The position numbers and the translations under genes were made by a program. From Octopus bimaculoides (lineage: Eukaryota), in NCBI RefSeq assembly GCF_001194135.2, contig NC_068997.1:26490594-26532279 (forward strand): 41,686 nucleotides of DNA, given 5' to 3'. Positions 12,005-22,415 of the stretch are shown here, piece after piece. Each line of letters starts with the position of its first letter. Within the stretch, counting starts at the first letter, position 1. The notes below the pieces were generated by a model. The model was not told where the DNA came from, made no database searches, and saw only the letters and a list, made by a program, of their open reading frames with translations.

Positions 12005-12215
12005 CAACTCTTTAGCATTTAAACCAATCAAAATATCCGACCAGTTTTATGTTCAAACAGGCTAGATCCAGCCTCTCACACCTACCCTACAATGTCATTC
12101 TAAAAATAAACAGTCAGATCACCGAAAGCTTGAAGCTATGAGACAATGCATGATTAATTCAAAACAATGTGACTATATAAGCATTACATTTGATAGAGTC
12201 ATCTAAACATTAAAT
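12005..12215. mobile_element. Dispersed non-coding repeat; inverted copy at about 27110-27250
   Basis: cctctcacacctaccctacaatgtcattctaaaa versus ttttagaatgacattgtatggtaggtgtgagagg; tttagcatttaaa versus tttaaatgctaaa. Confidence 0.75.
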
Positions 12216-12377
12216 GGTTCTACACTATCTAAAATGTATCTTTGGAAAATTTCATTAAAAAATATGCATTTCCCAGAAAGTTATAAAGCAACAAAGTCAG
12301 TGATGTCCTAAAGTGTAGATACACCCACTGTCATATTTTGTATGGACTTATTTTCTATTATCTCTTTTTTTTGCCAG

Positions 12378-12450
12378 CTATCGGAGAGCTATCCTATACG
12401 ACGCAGTGCCCAGTTAGTTGCCTATATCTTCCTGAGAGGAAAAGAGAAAG
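12378..12450 (+). CDS. NCBP2AS2: NCBP2AS2-like coding exon 3 (LSESYPIRRSAQLVAYIFLRGKEK + G)
   Basis: Acceptor tttttttgccag|, donor AAG|GTCAGC; carries the family-like SYPIRR.AQL motif. Confidence 0.9.
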
Positions 12451-12680
12451 GTCAGCTGCAACTTTGTTTAATCAGATAGATTAAATTAACGACACATTAC
12501 ACCACACTAGATAACATTAATTGCCTTTTTATAAATCTACTTGTGATGATTGATGATTTGGTGGTGGCTGGGACTAAAACACCAGTCGATGTGTGTGTGT
12601 ACAGCAGAGTTGATGTGGTTAATAAGTGGAGTTAAAATGTAATCTAATGAGAACATTTAGCCAATAACTTTTGACTAAAT

Positions 12681-13076
12681 AGGTGCAGGCATGGCTGTGT
12701 GCTAAGAAGTTTGCTTCCCAATCACATGGTTCTGAGTTCATTCCCACTGTGTGGCATCTTGGGCAAGTGTTTATTACTATAACCTCAAGCTGACCAAAGC
12801 CTTGTGAGTGAATTTGGTCGATAGAAACTGAAAGGTAGTGAGCTGGCAGAAACATTAGCACACCAGGCAAAATGCATAGCAGTATTTCGTCTGCCGTTAC
12901 GTTCTGAGTTCAAATTCCGCCGAGGTTGACTTTACCTTTCATCCTTTCGGTGTCGATAAATTAAGTACCAGTTATGCACTGGGGTCGATGTAATCGACTT
13001 AATCCCTTTGTCTGTCCCCTCTATGTTTAGCCCCTTGTGGGCAATAAAAAAATAAGAAACTGAAAGAAGCCTGTCA
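12681..13076 (+). mobile_element. tRNA/CORE-type SINE (12681-12834 + 13055-13076) interrupted by a second SINE
   Basis: A/B-box head, CORE-like gtggcatcttgggcaagtg, and 3' part aactgaaagaagcctgtc resumes after the insert. Confidence 0.8.
12835..13054 (+). mobile_element. Full-length tRNA-derived SINE (gagctggcagaa... family), nested, A-rich tail
   Basis: B box gttctgagttcaaattcc; flanked by a 12-bp direct repeat agaaactgaaag (12823-12834 and 13055-13066). Confidence 0.85.
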
Positions 13077-13614
13077 TATATATGTGTCTGTATTTTTACA
13101 TCCATTTTGCCATGCTAGCATGAGTTAGACCTGTCACAGACAACTTGTAATCTGCAAAACATTCTGATTGGCACACCTAATAAAAAATTACACTGATTTT
13201 TCTGTAGTGGTGCAGCACATTTGATGAGGAGTCCTGTCACATGTGGCCTTTATTCTCAAAGAAGGTTACCCCTACCTGGGTTAAAGGATATATTATTGGG
13301 ATAATGGGACTGATTTCAAAACCTCTTGGCTTGGATGTAAACTTCTGAACTATACATCAGTGTCAGTATCCCAGCATACAATATAATATATTGTATGTTT
13401 GTATGTTTGTAAACACAATTAGTTTTGATGTGAATATTTTGAGTGCTAATCACGAGTTAATGATGGTACGTGTGCGTATGCACACATGCATTAATGTTTT
13501 AGATTAAAGTAATTTAATGAGAACATATGTGATAAACGAGTTTTATAAAAGATATTAACATGCTAATTAAATATACTGTTATTATTGTTTTAACTGTTGC
13601 TGTTGTTGTTGTTA

Positions 13615-13745
13615 AGGCAGCAGGCTGACATAATTGTTTGCATGCCTTTCAGATGAAAGTACCAGTTGAGCAGTTGGGGTTGATGTAATCAACTTAGCCC
13701 TTCCCCTGAAATGGCTGGCCTTGTGGCAAAATTTGAAACAATGAT
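13615..13745 (+). mobile_element. Internally deleted SINE of the gagctggcagaa family
   Basis: aaggcagcaggctgac head joined to gtaccagttg...gatgtaatcaact...tttgaaac. Confidence 0.6.
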
Positions 13746-14316
13746 TATTATTATTATTATTGTTCAGTAGTCTTATTTTTATAACGTGCTTTCACTTCAC
13801 TACCGAGCGCAGCTCTGTGCGCCTTGGGTATGTGCTGTGGTTTGCTGTGGTGCTCTTATGTTTACTGTATTGAAAGTGTTTTGCGTAGAATGTGTGCAGT
13901 ACCCAGTAGTGCAATTTTCTGCATGTTATATATATTTGTAAGTCCTGGTGTTTTTGTTATGTATTTGTCTGAATATTTTTTTATTATACCTAAGGCACCT
14001 ACTATGATAGGAATTGTTTCTGTTTTTAGATTCCACATTCGAGTTATCTCTATTTCCAGGTCTTTGTATTTTGTTTTAGATTATTAATAATAATAATTAT
14101 TATTATTATTATTATTATTCAGCGAGCTGGTGGAAGCATTAACATACTAGCTGAAATGTAAGGCAAAGTCAACCTCAGTATAATCTGAACCTAGAACATA
14201 AAGACAGACGAAATATTGCTAAGCATTTTGCCCAGCATGCTGATAATTCTGCCAGCTCATACTATTATTATTACCAGCCATGTATTCTCATTCTATATAT
14301 TATTTCTCTCTTCCAG

Positions 14317-14444
14317 GACTGGAAAGTATTGAAAAATTAAAAGACCACGATTCTGTTTCGCCAAAACGATTACAATCCTTCAAGAAAACTTTCCAAGAGA
14401 AACTGCAGGAAGGCATCAGAGAATGGAAGCAAAAGAATCCATAA
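14317..14444 (+). CDS. NCBP2AS2: NCBP2AS2-like terminal coding exon ((G)LESIEK...EWKQKNP*)
   Basis: Acceptor tttctctcttccag|, phase 1 in, TAA at 14442-14444; charged, helix-like C-terminus. Confidence 0.86.
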
Positions 14445-14557
14445 TTTTTTTATATAGTTTTGAAACCCAAAGTCTTTTGTATTTAATTAATGTTTAGTTT
14501 TTCTAGATGCCTTCTTCAAGTGGAATTGTTTCTATTGTTATCAAATCAAAAGAACCA

Positions 14558-14563
14558 AATAAA
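14558..14563 (+). promoter_or_regulatory. Candidate polyadenylation signal (AATAAA) of the NCBP2AS2-like gene
   Basis: AATAAA 114 nt after the stop, followed by T/GT-rich sequence. Confidence 0.5.
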
Positions 14564-14864
14564 AATGCAAATGGAGTTTTTATATCTTTGTTTATAGTTT
14601 TTATTCATGCTTGTTGTTTATAGCCCCAGGTCAGCCTTGATTGAGCATATGTATGGTAAATTTAAATCCAGCTGCAACCACATCATCATTTTATCCTTAT
14701 ATCTAAAACAGCATTATCCTACGTGTCCTTTCGTTATTGATTGACTGGTATGATTTGGGAAGAGATTTGGCTGTTATTTCTAGCATGTAGGACGCTCGCG
14801 TAAAGGAGCCTAACAAAAGCATTTGATACACAAGCGCTCCAGTTTCTGTGGAAAGAAGATAACT

Positions 14865-15110
14865 CATAAAATACCTTATGTACTTTGGGGAGAAGATGCA
14901 CCACGAGCCATTGATGCAGACCATCTTGACAAGTGTGAAGGGGAAGAGAGAAAGACGTCAGTCAAAGACTGGTGAAGACTTCAATGAATGGATCGGAAAC
15001 AAAAGCTTGGCTGATTGTAATACATGCAGCACAACACAGAGGGGACTGGAGGGTTTTGGCAAACCGATCTCTGGACACAGGAATGCACCTGGCTAATGAC
15101 ATTAAGAAAA
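14865..15110 (+). mobile_element. Degenerate RTE LINE ORF 3' end
   Basis: YFGEKMHHEPLMQTILTSVKGKRERRQSKTGEDFNEWIG.SLADC then (frameshift) AQHRGDWR resembles the RTE YFGH..R...TI.G.VEGKR.RGR...W.D.I.EW.G...A.DR..WR pattern. Confidence 0.72.
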
Positions 15111-15764
15111 AGAAATAAATTTTTTAGGCCCAGGTGAGAAAAAAAAAAATAATTTTAATTGTAAAAGGTATGCTGAAGAGGATGGCAATGGATTAAGATT
15201 TGTTTTAATTCAAATTACAAGTTTCAGTTTGTAGGATACTATAAAATGTATACGCTCAAGAACAGGATTTACAAGCGCACCCATTAAAATTTCGGTGGGG
15301 GTATTTTGTAATGTGGGATACTATAAAATGTCAAAAAATCCAGAGAGTAAAAAAAAAAAGTTTCAAATTCTATTTTATTCGTGTCAGCTATTCCAAAAGT
15401 CCACCGACAATGAAATTGTTCTAACCAAGTTTTCCAACAGGTCACTTTTCGTACTTGAACTCACAGAAATAGGAGTCAATGGTAGCACAATGATTGTCAA
15501 AGCACTGGTTACCTCCTGGGTCAGGCCCATATGCTTTCCATTTGATACATGTAGGCCTCGTCTTGTGTGTTGCAATGTTCTCTTACGAAATTGGTTAGCC
15601 TAAGTATCTTTAGAATGTACGAGCATGCTCAGCCACAAGTCACTGTATATTGTGGTTACCAGCAGAACCAGCTGTTGAATACATTCTTCCAGTGTCACAG
15701 TTCCAACAAAGCACAGCATATAGAAATGTTTTATGTCTTGCGTTATAGACCACCGAAAATCCAG

Positions 15765-15870
15765 CTTTGGTTGGCTTGAGGCTAGTAAAAGACACTTGCC
15801 CAATGTGCCACGCAGTGGGACTGAACCCCGAACTACATGGTTGGGAAGCAAGCTTCTTATCACACTGCCA
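15765..15870 (-). mobile_element. CORE-type SINE copy (head + CORE)
   Basis: Reverse complement of the 12681 family head and CORE. Confidence 0.8.
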
Positions 15871-16499
15871 CATTCACCACATTAACTTTTACTGCAGCAC
15901 CAACAGATGCAATCATGATGTACTTTAATGTTGATAATAACGTAACCTCGACACATCTTCTGAGGTACACCTTCCCTCTCTTAAAAGAACATTATTGCAT
16001 CCTCTTCCATCTTTATACACTTCCACGAAAATCTCTAAAAGTAGTTTATTTGTATTCTTTTATCTTATAGACAGATTATCATGTGTAAGCAATCAGCCCG
16101 TTGTTGCTTATAGTGGTGGTAGTGATAGTTGGTATTGTAATGATGGTGATCAGTGTGGAAGTGTATTATTAACAGTATGATGACAGTGATAATGCTGGCG
16201 GTGGGATGTTAGTTATGACAGTGTCGGTGGTGATGGCGATAATAGTAAGTAATGATGGAGATGGTGGCAGACAATGGTGATGATGATGTTGGCAATACGT
16301 TTCTCTGCCTATTACTGACCCCTACCTAAAAATAGTTTTGCTTGTAACCCAATACAGATTATTTTTCTCCATTACATTCCTCCCAGTCTACCTTTGTTTT
16401 TTCCATATCATTGCACTTCGTTTTCCATTCCTTCTTAAATTCCTTTCTCTTGTTTCTTTTCTTCTTTGTCATTCACTTATTCCACTGCAACATTTATAT

Positions 16500-16650
16500 A
16501 TGGTTGGCGTTAGGAAGGGCATCCAGCTGTAGAAACTCTGCCAAATCAGACTGGAGCCTGGTGTTGCCATCCGGTTTCACCAGTCCTCAGTCAAATCGTC
16601 CAACCCATGCTAGCATGGAAAGCGGACGTTAAACGATGATGATGATGATG
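16500..16650 (+). mobile_element. Young ~150-bp retroposon 3' end with (ATG)n tail (ggttggcgttaggaagggcatccagc family)
   Basis: About 96% identical to 28174-28320; short tandem-repeat tail as in RTE-mobilised elements. Confidence 0.85.
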
Positions 16651-17228
16651 ATATATATATGAGTATTGTAGTTTGCAAAAGGTTTTGAATCACTTCTATG
16701 TAGGTATGTGAGTGTGTGGATGAATGTGTGTATATGTATATATACACACATATGGATGGATAGGTGAATGGAAGAAGAATTTGTGAGACCTGTGATACTT
16801 CCACATTTCAAAATTATTTGTGGTTTGATAAATAATTTATGAATGTTTTTACCACTGCTTCTTTATGTTAAATATCTCAATTATTTCCTCAGTTTCCTTC
16901 CACAGTTAAGGTTATTTAAAGCATAACATCAAGACATTTTTATTTTGTCAAAGTTCCATGTTGGAATAACATTCAAACACATGAAAAAATCTAGCAGAAC
17001 AACATTTCAGATGATTGTTTCTTTATTTTACACAAGGGCAGCAGATGAAAAGAACATTACAAGGACAAATTAGAAAAACATTGATGGGTGGCAAATGGGA
17101 TAAATTACTTAAAATCACTTATGAGGAATCAAATGTGTGAAATTATAAAGATATGTTATTGGCACATGATAGAAGGAACAGACTTGGCCTTCTGTTATAA
17201 TTCCAGTTACATTTAGAATGCTTTAAGG

Positions 17229-17474
17229 CAGTGGGTCTCAACCAGGATCCATATGGATCCTTGGGGGTCCATTTAAGGTTTTCTTGTTAAAATTAATTGG
17301 CTATATTTCTACAATACACAAAAAAATTTGATAATTATTTTTATACAATTCCTAATAATATTTAATTATAAAAAAAAAAGATTTTATTAACATCAAATGG
17401 TTAAGAGGGTTCACCCAAGTAAAATAGGAATCAAAAGAGGTACATTAGTAAAAGAAAATGGTTGAGAAGCACTG
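17229..17474. mobile_element. hAT (Charlie-like) MITE, 246 bp
   Basis: TIRs cagtgggtctcaacca and tggttgagaagcactg (14/16); perfect 8-bp TSD CTTTAAGG at 17221-17228 and 17475-17482. Confidence 0.9.
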
Positions 17475-17499
17475 CTTTAAGGAATAGTAAATGGACTCC

Positions 17500-17740
17500 A
17501 GTACTTGATTGGGACTTTATTTCATCAATCGATCTCAACCCCAGACAACAAAGGATGACGAAAGGCAAAGTTGATCATGGTAGAATTTTAAATCAAAATT
17601 TAAAGGAATGTAACTAAGTATCATGAGGCTGTTTTGTCTGTTGTTATTCTTAATAATAATAATAGTTTCAAATTTTGGCACTAGGCCAGCAATTTAAGGG
17701 AGAGGGGATTAGTCAATTATATTGATCCTAGTACTTAACA
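17500..17740. mobile_element. SINE fragments of the gagctggcagaa family (minus-strand pieces)
   Basis: ccagtacttg...aaggcaaagttgatc (17499-17580) and gtttcaaattttggcactaggccagcaattt (17665-17740). Confidence 0.55.
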
Positions 17741-18163
17741 GAGGAACAGATGTAGAATCAGCAGGCTGTACAATAAATAAGTATATCAGGCTAACCAGAA
17801 ATACTTTTAAGGCTAGATTTATGCAGTAAATCCATTTATGTTCAGAAATAAGAGTAACGTAATAATACCTTCAAAATGTGTTTTTGCTTTACAAATATAC
17901 AGGTATTTAGTAATATAAAAGTTAGCAAGTGTGTGTGTGTGTAATTTTGTCAGATGTATTTAAAAATTAGAAACAGTATCATAATATTTAATACTCGTAG
18001 TTTGTTAGTATGAAACCTCACACACATACACTTATAGATTTATAGGGAGAGAAGTAGGAGAGATACATTCATAAAAAAATTGTATATACATGTATATATT
18101 ATATACATACTTTCTTAAAACATGCCCACAGTATATATGCGCATATGGATGTGTTATATACAT

Positions 18164-18195
<32 letters not shown>

Positions 18196-18435
18196 GCATG
18201 CACACACACAGGTTATATAAAAGTAAATATATACAAATATTGAAAATTTAAATAAAATCATAAGAAATCTTCACACAAAATAGAAAAGAGACATTCATAC
18301 AGATATACACAAACACGTACATATTAAAAAAATATACATACATTCAAGCACTGTATGAATACAAATTCACATACATAAGACAAAACGTCTGTGACTATAT
18401 ATATAAGCATTTCATTTATATATAATATATATCAT

Positions 18436-18570
18436 CATCATCAACATTTAACATCTGTTTTCCATGTTGGCATGGGTTGGATGACTCAACAGAAACTGGC
18501 AAGGCCAGGGTCCGCACCAGGTAGTCTGTTTTGGCTTGGTTTCTATGATTGGAAGCCCTTCCTAACGCTA
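18436..18570 (-). mobile_element. Older (ATG)n-tailed retroposon copy
   Basis: tttccatgttggcatgggttgg...cccttcctaacgc. Confidence 0.7.
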
Positions 18571-18599
18571 ACTATACACACACACACACACACAGAGGA

Positions 18600-18790
18600 C
18601 ATGTGGAGGCATATGGCTTAGTGGTGAAGGTGTTGCTCTTATGATTGTAAGACTGTGATTTTGATTCCTGGACTGTGCAATATGTAATGTCCTTGAGTAA
18701 AATGCATCATTTCACATTACTCCAGGCCACTCAACTGACAAAAATGAGTAATCCTTCAACAGGATGTTCTATCCAGGAAGTGGAGGGAGT
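18600..18790 (+). mobile_element. Degenerate tRNA-head SINE
   Basis: ggcatatggcttagtggtgaaggtg...gattcctgg...tccttgagtaa. Confidence 0.6.
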
Positions 18791-19249
18791 ATATATGCCA
18801 CAGGAAAGTAGCCTTCTGAACCTCAGGAGGGACCTTTGATCCTCTTTATACACACACATATTTGTATGTGTGTATATATACGTATGTGTCTACCTATCTA
18901 TGTAATAAATGAGAGAGATGGAGGATACAAGAATCTTCATTGATCCCTGAAATTGTTGCAACCCATCTAGCATTGATCCCTCACAGGTGGGATATTGTAC
19001 TATTGTAGTGATCAATAAAGATTTTCATATCTTCCATCCCTCTCATTAATTATTACTTACATACTCAATGAACACTAAGCCAGTGAGCGTGAGAGATGTG
19101 TGGCTTTGGAGAGTTTTGACTCTTCTTTCTAGCAAACGGTGCATATCATACCCTGACTTTTAATAATATATATTTTGCCTATTTTGGTTATTCTTGCTGG
19201 CCACCTTATCGTTATTTTTTTAAAGATAACTTATTTGGATTTTGAATAT

Positions 19250-19349
<100 letters not shown>

Positions 19350-19586
19350 GCACACTTATTTATGTGTGTATGTATATATATATGCATATTCTGAAATGTA
19401 TTAATTAAAGAAGGGTTTTCATAATGGGATGCATTTCGTATTACATATTTTGCAGATCTGAAACATGCATATTAAATGTTTTCAAAATATCATTGTTTGA
19501 TTTGACATCAATATTACTATATATATGTATGTGTGTACACACACACACACACACACACACATCCATACTTATATGTACAGGTCTAT

Positions 19587-19596
19587 TTTATTTATT
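19587..19596 (-). promoter_or_regulatory. Candidate overlapping AATAAA polyadenylation signals for rhophilin
   Basis: TTTATTTATT on +, about 165 nt past the stop; a longer 3' UTR is also possible. Confidence 0.35.
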
Positions 19597-19758
19597 TGTC
19601 CAAAGCATAGTTTGATATGAAATTTAGTATAAAACAGAATAAACAATAAAAACATGATGGTTTGTAGGTAAATATTTCAATATTTCTTGAAATCATAAGC
19701 CAATGTTTCAAACATTGAAGAAAAGTTTCTTTGAAATTGGCAACGTGGCAGTAAGGAA

Positions 19759-20286
19759 TCACCGTGAAGCCAGGTCATCTTTAGTTTTCTTTTCAAATTT
19801 ATTGAGCACTTTGCTGGAATTCTTTCGAATAAACAGCCACGTTGCACTGAATCTGTTTCTTGTCTTTGAAGATCTGCTAAAGTCTTTACTAGAATTGTTG
19901 TTGTTGTTGGTGGTTGCTGTGAGAGTAGTGAGAGCATTGTCTGTATTGCTAATGTTGTTGTTGCTGTGATCATAATCAATGTCATGACCGTTATTATTAT
20001 TAACAATGTTGTTCAGACTGTTGTGTCTCTGAGCTTTATTCCTCGGAGTTGTGTTGCCGTTAGCGACAGAGATTTTTGTTGGATATACACACCCGACGGA
20101 TTTGCAGCGCTTTCGCTCATAGAATGGTGATTCTTCTGGAATGTTCTCACCCATTGGCGTCACCACTTCGAGCGCCAGACTCTCTCCTGCCTCATGGACC
20201 AGGTTCACCACTTCGTCATGCATGCTCCACTTTGTATCCTCTTTGCCAATAGCAACAATGTAATCTCCAACTTTTAAACCACTCTC
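19759..20286 (-). CDS. RHPN2: Rhophilin terminal exon: PDZ C-half (ESGLKVGDYIVAIG...LEVVTP) plus Asn-rich tail, 175 aa + TGA
   Basis: Acceptor tactgctttcag|; corresponds to ORF-track 19759..20331 minus 15 intronic codons. Confidence 0.94.
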   Translation of the reverse strand, partial: ESGLKVGDYIVAIGKEDTKWSMHDEVVNLVHEAGESLALEVVTPMGENIPEESPFYERKRCKSVGCVYPTKISVANGNTTPRNKAQRHNSLNNIVNNNNGHDIDYDHSNNNISNTDNALTTLTATTNNNNNSSKDFSRSSKTRNRFSATWLFIRKNSSKVLNKFEKKTKDDLASR

Positions 20287-20512
20287 CTGAAAGCAGTAAT
20301 AATAACAACAATGATTTCTTTTATTGGCCACAGAGGCTCAAGACATGGAGGATAATACCAAAGGACCAGTTACAACACACAAAGCAAAACAAAAAAATAC
20401 AAACACAAAAACAGGTAGGGTTTACATTGATCAAAGGGAGATACTAACACATTAAAGGAGATAACAGAGGGTATGTAATAGAAATTAGGGAACTAGATAA
20501 TAAATAAAATCC

Positions 20513-20705
20513 CTTCTACTATAGGCACAAGGCCTGAAATTGTGAGGGAGGGGGCTAGTCGATTACATCAACCCTAGTACGTAACTGGTACTTATTTCAT
20601 CAACCCTGAAAGGATGAAAGTCAAAGTCAACTTCAGCAGAATTTGAACTCTGATGGATGAAATTCTGCTAAGCTTTTCACTCAGCATGCTAACGACTGCC
20701 AGCCT
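20513..20705 (-). mobile_element. SINE of the gagctggcagaa family in the last rhophilin intron
   Basis: Reverse complement of the 12835 family (aaagtcaacttcagcagaatttgaactc). Confidence 0.8.
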
Positions 20706-20909
20706 TAATAATAATAGTAATAATAATCATAATAGCAATTATAATAATTTCTTTTATTTGCCACAGGGGCATAAGATGAGGGGGACATTACAAGGTCAGT
20801 TTATAATTTGTATAGAGGGTTACATAGAAATTTGGGGAGGAAGAAAGGGAGAAAATAGAGTGTTGCTCATAGATTTGGGGGGTCTCCCATATTAGTGAGG
20901 AAATCTCCC

Positions 20910-21055
20910 TCGTTAGCTTGTAAATCTCACTCATAGGCTTGAATTATTTTCAAAAGTTTGTGAGTCTCCCTCATACATTTGTAAGTCTTCCTCATTGATA
21001 TGTGAGTCTTCCTCTTTGATTTGTGAGACTCTCTCTTGCCAATTTGTGAGTCACA
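20910..21055. repeat. Degenerate ~21-bp minisatellite (ttgtgagtctYcctcat...), 5-6 copies
   Basis: tgtgagtc/tgtaagtc recurs at about 21-22-nt spacing. Confidence 0.65.
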
Positions 21056-21298
21056 CACACTGTAGTTTCTGACTATTTTTCTGTTTATGAAATTTTGAGT
21101 TGTTCTTAATGACAGGAATTTTCCTCTTACCATTTTAGGATCCAGCAGTCCATTGACTGTTCTGCATCCAATTATAAAAAAGCTGTCACTGTAAACTTTA
21201 GTTGTTGGTATCACATTTCTCCCCCCCCCCCTTTCTCTCTCTAATTAGACGCAGGTTAATTAGTGAGGAAAAGTAAAATATAACAAAGTCTCTCTTAC

Positions 21299-21448
21299 CG
21301 CAGCTGGTGACCCTGGTTCAATACTGTTGATCTTCACTGGACAATCCCCACGGATACTGAAACCAAATCCGTACTGAGAATTTTTCGTCAAATGAATAAG
21401 ACAAGGTGCTGTCCAAAGTTTATTGGCACTGAATATATTGAGTGGCCC
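21299..21448 (-). CDS. RHPN2: Rhophilin exon, PDZ N-half: GPLNIFSANKLWTAPCLIHLTKNSQYGFGFSIRGDCPVKINSIEPGSPAA
   Basis: cttctcatctag| ... GCG|gtaaga; 150 nt; GFGF carboxylate-binding loop. Confidence 0.95.
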
Positions 21449-22016
21449 CTAGATGAGAAGGATAAAAAGGAAACAGATGCAGCTTATAAATAGGGTGTAT
21501 ATCTGTGAGTATATTTTTACATTTGTGTGTCTGACAGAATTCTGTACAGCTTTTATCCACAATATTTCAATCACAAGACATTGGTCAACACTAGAAAATT
21601 GTAGAAGATACTTTTCCAAGCTATCATGAAGTGGGATTGAACCTGAAGCTCTCAGACTAAAGGGTTGTGTAGCAGATGTCTCAAGTACACTGCTTTGGTG
21701 GCACCAACACACTCACACACACATTGTGTATATCTAGTATGAAGATTATAGTAAATCTACTGGGGATCGCTTCTCTATATATATATGACAAGGCATTACA
21801 TATTTTTCTTTATTGTAGTAAATTTGACTTATAGCTGTTTCCAGTTGTCATTGTAGGTTTAATATTGATAAGTTTACTAAATTGACCCATTGATAACTGA
21901 ATATATACACACACACAAAGGAAAAAGTAATAGTAATAATAAGATAAAGATAGTTGTTTCAAGTAACCTATGAGAAACAAAGAAATGATTTTATAAGAAT
22001 AATGTAGAATATTTAC

Positions 22017-22167
22017 CAAACTTTGGAACAAATCTGTAACAGCATGATTAGAAAATTCAGGATAAATGTCCTCCACATTATACTGAGATTCTGGGATTAT
22101 TTCTGGCACTTTAATCAGATCGGTGAAATCATCTTCTTCCTCTAGATTTTCAAATTTTTTCAGTGCT
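22017..22167 (-). CDS. RHPN2: Rhophilin exon: (R)ALKKFENLEEEDDFTDLIKVPEIIPESQYNVEDIYPEFSNHAVTDLFQSL
   Basis: catcttatcag| ... TTG|gtaaat; 151 nt. Confidence 0.94.
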
Positions 22168-22204
22168 CTGATAAGATGAAAATATGAAGAAACAAGACAA
22201 CCAA

Positions 22205-22415
22205 TATTAGCTGGTAGAATCATTAACACATTGGGCAAAATGCTTAGTGGCATTTTGTCTATTTCTATGTTCTGAGTTCAAATTCCACTGAGGCTCACTT
22301 TGCCTTTAATCCCTTTGGGGGTCAATAAAATAAATACCTGTTGAACGTTGGGGATTGATTTAAATAGCTTAGCCCATCCCCTTGAATTGCTGACTTTGTA
22401 CCAAAATCTAAAATC
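22205..22415 (+). mobile_element. SINE of the gagctggcagaa family
   Basis: gttctgagttcaaattccactgagg...tttgcctttaatcc. Confidence 0.8.

Larger units (their letters stand above)
8870..14444 (+). other. NCBP2AS2: Gene span (ATG to stop) of a 4-exon NCBP2AS2/HIAR-like microprotein, 85 aa: MVLRIILRYLLHNEHLVQKLSESYPIRRSAQLVAYIFLRGKEKGLESIEKLKDHDSVSPKRLQSFKKTFQEKLQEGIREWKQKNP
   Basis: Hand-spliced: 8870-8892 + 10305-10338 + 12378-12450 + 14317-14444 = 258 nt, one open frame, GT-AG introns with phases 2,0,1. The N-terminus MVLR..LRYL..NE.LVQKLSESYPIRR.AQL matches my recollection of the NCBP2AS2 family (human [32 protein letters not shown]). No database search was run. Confidence 0.88.

Noticed and set aside
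13208-13264. Possible 57-nt cassette exon in microprotein intron 3
   Set aside because: Weak GTTACC donor and an in-frame TGA.
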